Assembly (NCBI GenBank): GCA_963803435.1
Contig: CAWDML010000003.1
Location: forward strand, 1,024,001 to 1,088,000
Reading direction: 5' to 3'
DNA: 64,000 nt
Origin: an uncultured delta proteobacterium
Lineage (GTDB): Bacteria; Myxococcota; Kuafuiibacteriia; Kuafuiibacteriales; Kuafuiibacteriaceae
Below the pieces are notes generated by a model. That model was not told the origin of the DNA. It worked only from the letters and a program-made list of their open reading frames with translations, and did not search any database. How positions within the stretch are numbered: the stretch's first letter is position 1; the number at the start of each line of letters is the position of its first letter. Below, piece by piece: positions 60,957 through 64,000 of the stretch. A program made the translations under genes and the position numbers.

Positions 60957-61056
60957 CTCAAGCCAGCCATCTTCAGATCGGGACCCGGACCGGGACCGGG
61001 ACCGGGACCCGGACCGGGGTCGCGTGAGCGCTTACGCGCTACACGCTCCTAGGCGG

Positions 61057-61431
61057 TCAGGGCGAGGGCGCCTTCTGCTCCATGAACACCAGCACGACGC
61101 CCACCAGGACCAGCACGAAGCCGGCGAGCTTGGTGGCGGTGAGCGGCTCCTTGAACGAGATCGAGGCGTAGGCGGCGACGATGATCAACCCGAGGCTGGT
61201 CATCACCGGATAGCCCACCGAGAGATCGATCCGCGTGAGCGCGAAGGAGTAGCCCGCGAGCGCGACGACGAAGCAGGCGACGCCGAGGATCAGGAGCGGC
61301 TGGAGCGCCATGCTGAGCGCGGTCTGGATCGGACCCTGGCCCATCTCGACGTTTCGCATCGCCCCCTTGATCAGGATGTTCGCGGTGGCGTTGAAGATGA
61401 TGCCGATGACGAGCGCGATGTAGTGCAGCAT
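61057..61431 (-). CDS. SMR/EamA-like small membrane transporter (possible lipid-linked sugar flippase subunit)
   Basis: Four TMs; NATANILIK, DLSVGYP, FKEPLT.TKLAG. Confidence 0.8.
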   Translation of the reverse strand: MLHYIALVIGIIFNATANILIKGAMRNVEMGQGPIQTALSMALQPLLILGVACFVVALAGYSFALTRIDLSVGYPVMTSLGLIIVAAYASISFKEPLTATKLAGFVLVLVGVVLVFMEQKAPSP

Positions 61432-61435
61432 GACC

Positions 61436-62797
61436 TCACACGATGCCGAGGCGTCTCGCCTGGGAGGATGCGAAGCGTTGGTTCGGATCGATCTCCGTCT
61501 TCATGCGCCTGAAGTCGGGCAGGCGTGGGTACATGGCGGCGAAGCTCTCGCGGTTGGTGAGGGCGTCCTTCGCGAGGTAGAGGCGGCCGTCGTACTTGAG
61601 CAGGATGCGATCGAGGTCGCGGGCGAGCTCGGGCAGATCCGGGGTGAAGGGGAGGTCGAGCGCCAGTGTGTGGCCCTCGAACAGGTAGGACAGCGGGCTT
61701 CGGTTGGCCGGGCCGCTCGCCTTGAGCACCGAGAGGAACGAGGCTCGCCGGCTCTTCGAGATCCGCTCGAGGATCGCGACCAACCCGGGGAGGGTCGTAC
61801 GCGGCGGGAAGAGCACCTGGTACTGGACGAAGCCGCGCTTGCCGTAGATCCGGTTCCAGTGGAGCACGCGATCGAGCGGATAGTAGAACGAGTCGTAGTC
61901 CACCACGCGCTCGTTGTTGCCCTGGACGCCGTAGAACAGCGTGTTGAAGGCGCGCACGCTCCACTCGTTCAGCAGGAAGTTGGGGAGCTCGAGCGGCACG
62001 CTCGCCTTGAAGCTCGAAGCCAGCCGCAGCGGATCCCTGCGGAGGTGCGGAGGGAGATCCTCGGCGCGGCCCTCGTTGGAGAGCATCAGCACCGAGCGAC
62101 CGAGCGATCGCCCGGTGGCCAAGCAGTCGACCCACGCGACGGAGTAGCGATAGTCGTGGTTGGTCTCGGCGAGGTGGCGCAGCGACTCTTCGAGGTCGTG
62201 CGCCTTGATGTAACGGACCGAGAAGTAGGAGGTCTCCACCCGGCGCAGGCGCACCTTGGCGCTGAGGATGATGCCGGTGAGGCCCATGCCACCGACGGTG
62301 ATCCAGAACAGCGCGCTGGTCTCGCCCTCGGGTTGGAGACGGAGCACGCGACCGTCGGCGAGCATCAGCTCGATCTCGTCCACGTGCGTGCCGAAGGAGC
62401 CGTCGACGTGGTGGTTCTTGCCGTGGATATCGGCCGCGATGGCGCCGCCGATGGTGACGTGCTTGGTCCCGGGCGTCACCGGGACGACCCAGCCGCGCGG
62501 AAGCAGATGCTGGATGATCTCCTCGATCGAGACGCCCGCTTCGCACTCGAGCACGCCGGTCTTCTCGTCGAACGAGAGGAACCGGTTGAACCGCGTCTGC
62601 ACGATGACGCCGCGTCCGCCGTTGATCGCGGAGTCGCCGTACGCACGCCCTAGGCCCCGCGGGATGTAGTCGGCGGAGCGCCCCGAGGTGATCAGGTCGC
62701 GGAGCTGATCGAGGGTGTCGGGCCGGCTCACCAGGCACCGCTCGATCGGATGGTTGCCCCATCCACCGATCAGCTGCTCCATGAACGCCACGGTCAC
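61436..62797 (-). CDS. FAD-linked oxidase, DprE1-like (polyprenylphosphoryl-ribose 2'-oxidase)
   Basis: GWG, PRGLGRAYGDSA, VTPGTKHVTIGGAIAADIHGKNHH, GGMGLTG, YSVAWVD, FYYPLD...WNRIYG.RGFVQYQ, TLALD, GRLYLAKD. Confidence 0.88.
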   Translation of the reverse strand: MTVAFMEQLIGGWGNHPIERCLVSRPDTLDQLRDLITSGRSADYIPRGLGRAYGDSAINGGRGVIVQTRFNRFLSFDEKTGVLECEAGVSIEEIIQHLLPRGWVVPVTPGTKHVTIGGAIAADIHGKNHHVDGSFGTHVDEIELMLADGRVLRLQPEGETSALFWITVGGMGLTGIILSAKVRLRRVETSYFSVRYIKAHDLEESLRHLAETNHDYRYSVAWVDCLATGRSLGRSVLMLSNEGRAEDLPPHLRRDPLRLASSFKASVPLELPNFLLNEWSVRAFNTLFYGVQGNNERVVDYDSFYYPLDRVLHWNRIYGKRGFVQYQVLFPPRTTLPGLVAILERISKSRRASFLSVLKASGPANRSPLSYLFEGHTLALDLPFTPDLPELARDLDRILLKYDGRLYLAKDALTNRESFAAMYPRLPDFRRMKTEIDPNQRFASSQARRLGIV

Positions 62798-64000
62798 CTC
62801 GCCACCGCGGTCGAGCTGGTGCCGGTCTTCTTGCGCTCGAGCACACCCAGGTTGTGCTCGTAGTCGGCGACCACGACCTCGAAGTTCTCGTCGATGCGCG
62901 GCATCGTGCGCCAGTCGAGCATCCCCAGCCAATCCGCGAGGTAGACGATCTGGGTCTCGTCCACCACGTAGTCCGCGATCCGGCTCTCCACCAACGCGTT
63001 GTACGCGAGTGGGTTCACCTTTCCGTCCAGGTTGATGGTCCGATCGTGAAAATATCCGAGGGTGCCGGTCTGGATGGCGCCCACCCAGGTGGTGTCGGGG
63101 ACGTGCTCGTCGACCCATCGCACCACCTGGAAGTGCATGTGGGCCTTGCCCTTGTCGTAGGCGCGCAGGTGGAGGCCGATCACGACGACCACCACCAGGG
63201 CGGGGAGGGCGATCGCCAGGGGTCGGCTGAACTTGAGCAGCCGATGGTGGACGCGGAGGACCACCGCGGACCAGGCCAGGGCGATCAACGGCGAGAGCGG
63301 AAACATGTAGCGGGAGACGAACCAGTGGGCCCCGAAGAAGAGGCCGTAGAAGACGACCAGGCCCGCACCGAAGATCGAGGTGAGGACGATCAGCGCCCGC
63401 TCGGCCGGCTTGGCGCGCGCCCAGATGAGCAGGAAGAGCGGCGTCAGCAGCACCAAGAAGATCGAGGTGGCGATCACCGTGGGTGCCTGCAGCTGGAAGG
63501 TCTCAGGGATCGGGATCAGCACGCCGGCGTATTCGGTGAGGACCGGCGGCAGGTAGTAGAGGTTGGAGGCGAACGTACCGGTGAGGCTCTCGGCGCGGCC
63601 GCTCACCGGCATGATGTGGCCGAAGTTGAGGTAGTTGTACGCGAGCCAGGGGAGCGCCACCAGGATCGAGACCGAGCCGAAGACGAGCGCGCGGCGGAAG
63701 CGCTTCTCGACGGCGTCGAGGCCGTAGTCGAGCCCGCAGTAGAGGTGGACCAGGCAGGCGGCCAGGATCAGAAAGACGGCGTCGTTGCGAACCCAGAAGG
63801 CCGCCCCGAGCAGCACTCCGACCGCCGCGCACTTCGGATAAGACCAGAGCGTCTCGCGACGGTGATCCGGCTCGATGAAGGCCATCGCGACCGCAATCGT
63901 GACCACGCCATATAGGCCGGTCTCGAGGCAGTTCATCGAGTGCGGCGCCACCAGGGAGCTGGCGTACCAGGCAGAGGCCGCCAGCAGGCTGATCTCGCGC
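62794..64000 (-). CDS. multi-TM GT-C-type glycosyltransferase-like protein (5' end outside window)
   Basis: CLETGL, RND, PWLAYNYLNFGHIMPVS, RYMFP, GTLGYF..RTINLDGKVN; pattern of polyprenol-sugar-dependent transferases. Confidence 0.65.
   Translation of the reverse strand, partial: REISLLAASAWYASSLVAPHSMNCLETGLYGVVTIAVAMAFIEPDHRRETLWSYPKCAAVGVLLGAAFWVRNDAVFLILAACLVHLYCGLDYGLDAVEKRFRRALVFGSVSILVALPWLAYNYLNFGHIMPVSGRAESLTGTFASNLYYLPPVLTEYAGVLIPIPETFQLQAPTVIATSIFLVLLTPLFLLIWARAKPAERALIVLTSIFGAGLVVFYGLFFGAHWFVSRYMFPLSPLIALAWSAVVLRVHHRLLKFSRPLAIALPALVVVVVIGLHLRAYDKGKAHMHFQVVRWVDEHVPDTTWVGAIQTGTLGYFHDRTINLDGKVNPLAYNALVESRIADYVVDETQIVYLADWLGMLDWRTMPRIDENFEVVVADYEHNLGVLERKKTGTSSTAVAR

Larger units (their letters stand above)
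55882..61052. mobile_element. IS1182-derived element with ~70-bp terminal inverted repeats, carrying a four-helix-bundle gene and a nested transposon
   Basis: Left end CTAGGAGCGTGTAGCGCGTAGCGCTACCGCGAG(CCCGGT)n matches the reverse complement of the right end 60977-61052. Confidence 0.75.

Noticed and set aside
55915-61018. Hexamer arrays as CRISPR repeats
   Set aside because: No unique spacers, the unit is only 6 bp, and no cas genes are present.

Overview
GC-rich bacterial window whose gene content (MYXO-CTERM protein, DUF1552/DUF1592 pair, zinc-ribbon/TPR and PEGA proteins, short OPX plus beta-barrel) points to a Myxococcota-like genome (inference). It contains a small unknown three-gene cluster, ltaE, a Cys-rich surface protein, tRNA-Thr(CGT), thiS-thiG-thiE, pspA and tRNA-Arg(ACG). 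Next come two coupled paralogous lipoproteins that each fuse two c-type heme domains to two SMP-30/gluconolactonase propellers, then an ACP/AMP-ligase/UbiD operon. A dispersed Wzx-dependent polysaccharide locus follows, with an FHA-fused co-polymerase. After it lie a complete phoB-phoR-pstSCAB-phoU locus with an internal Pho box and an 8-repeat Ig-like adhesin. A 6.2 kb nested mobile island contains IS630 and IS1182 relics, a four-helix-bundle gene, and a TG..CA four-gene transposon with an exact 5-bp target duplication, an ExeA-type ATPase and a small protein ending in an SSB-like DDLPF tail. The window ends in a DprE1-like arabinosylation cluster. Several ordinary genes carry small frame shifts that most likely reflect assembly indels. 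All family calls come from motif recognition by eye; no database search was run.
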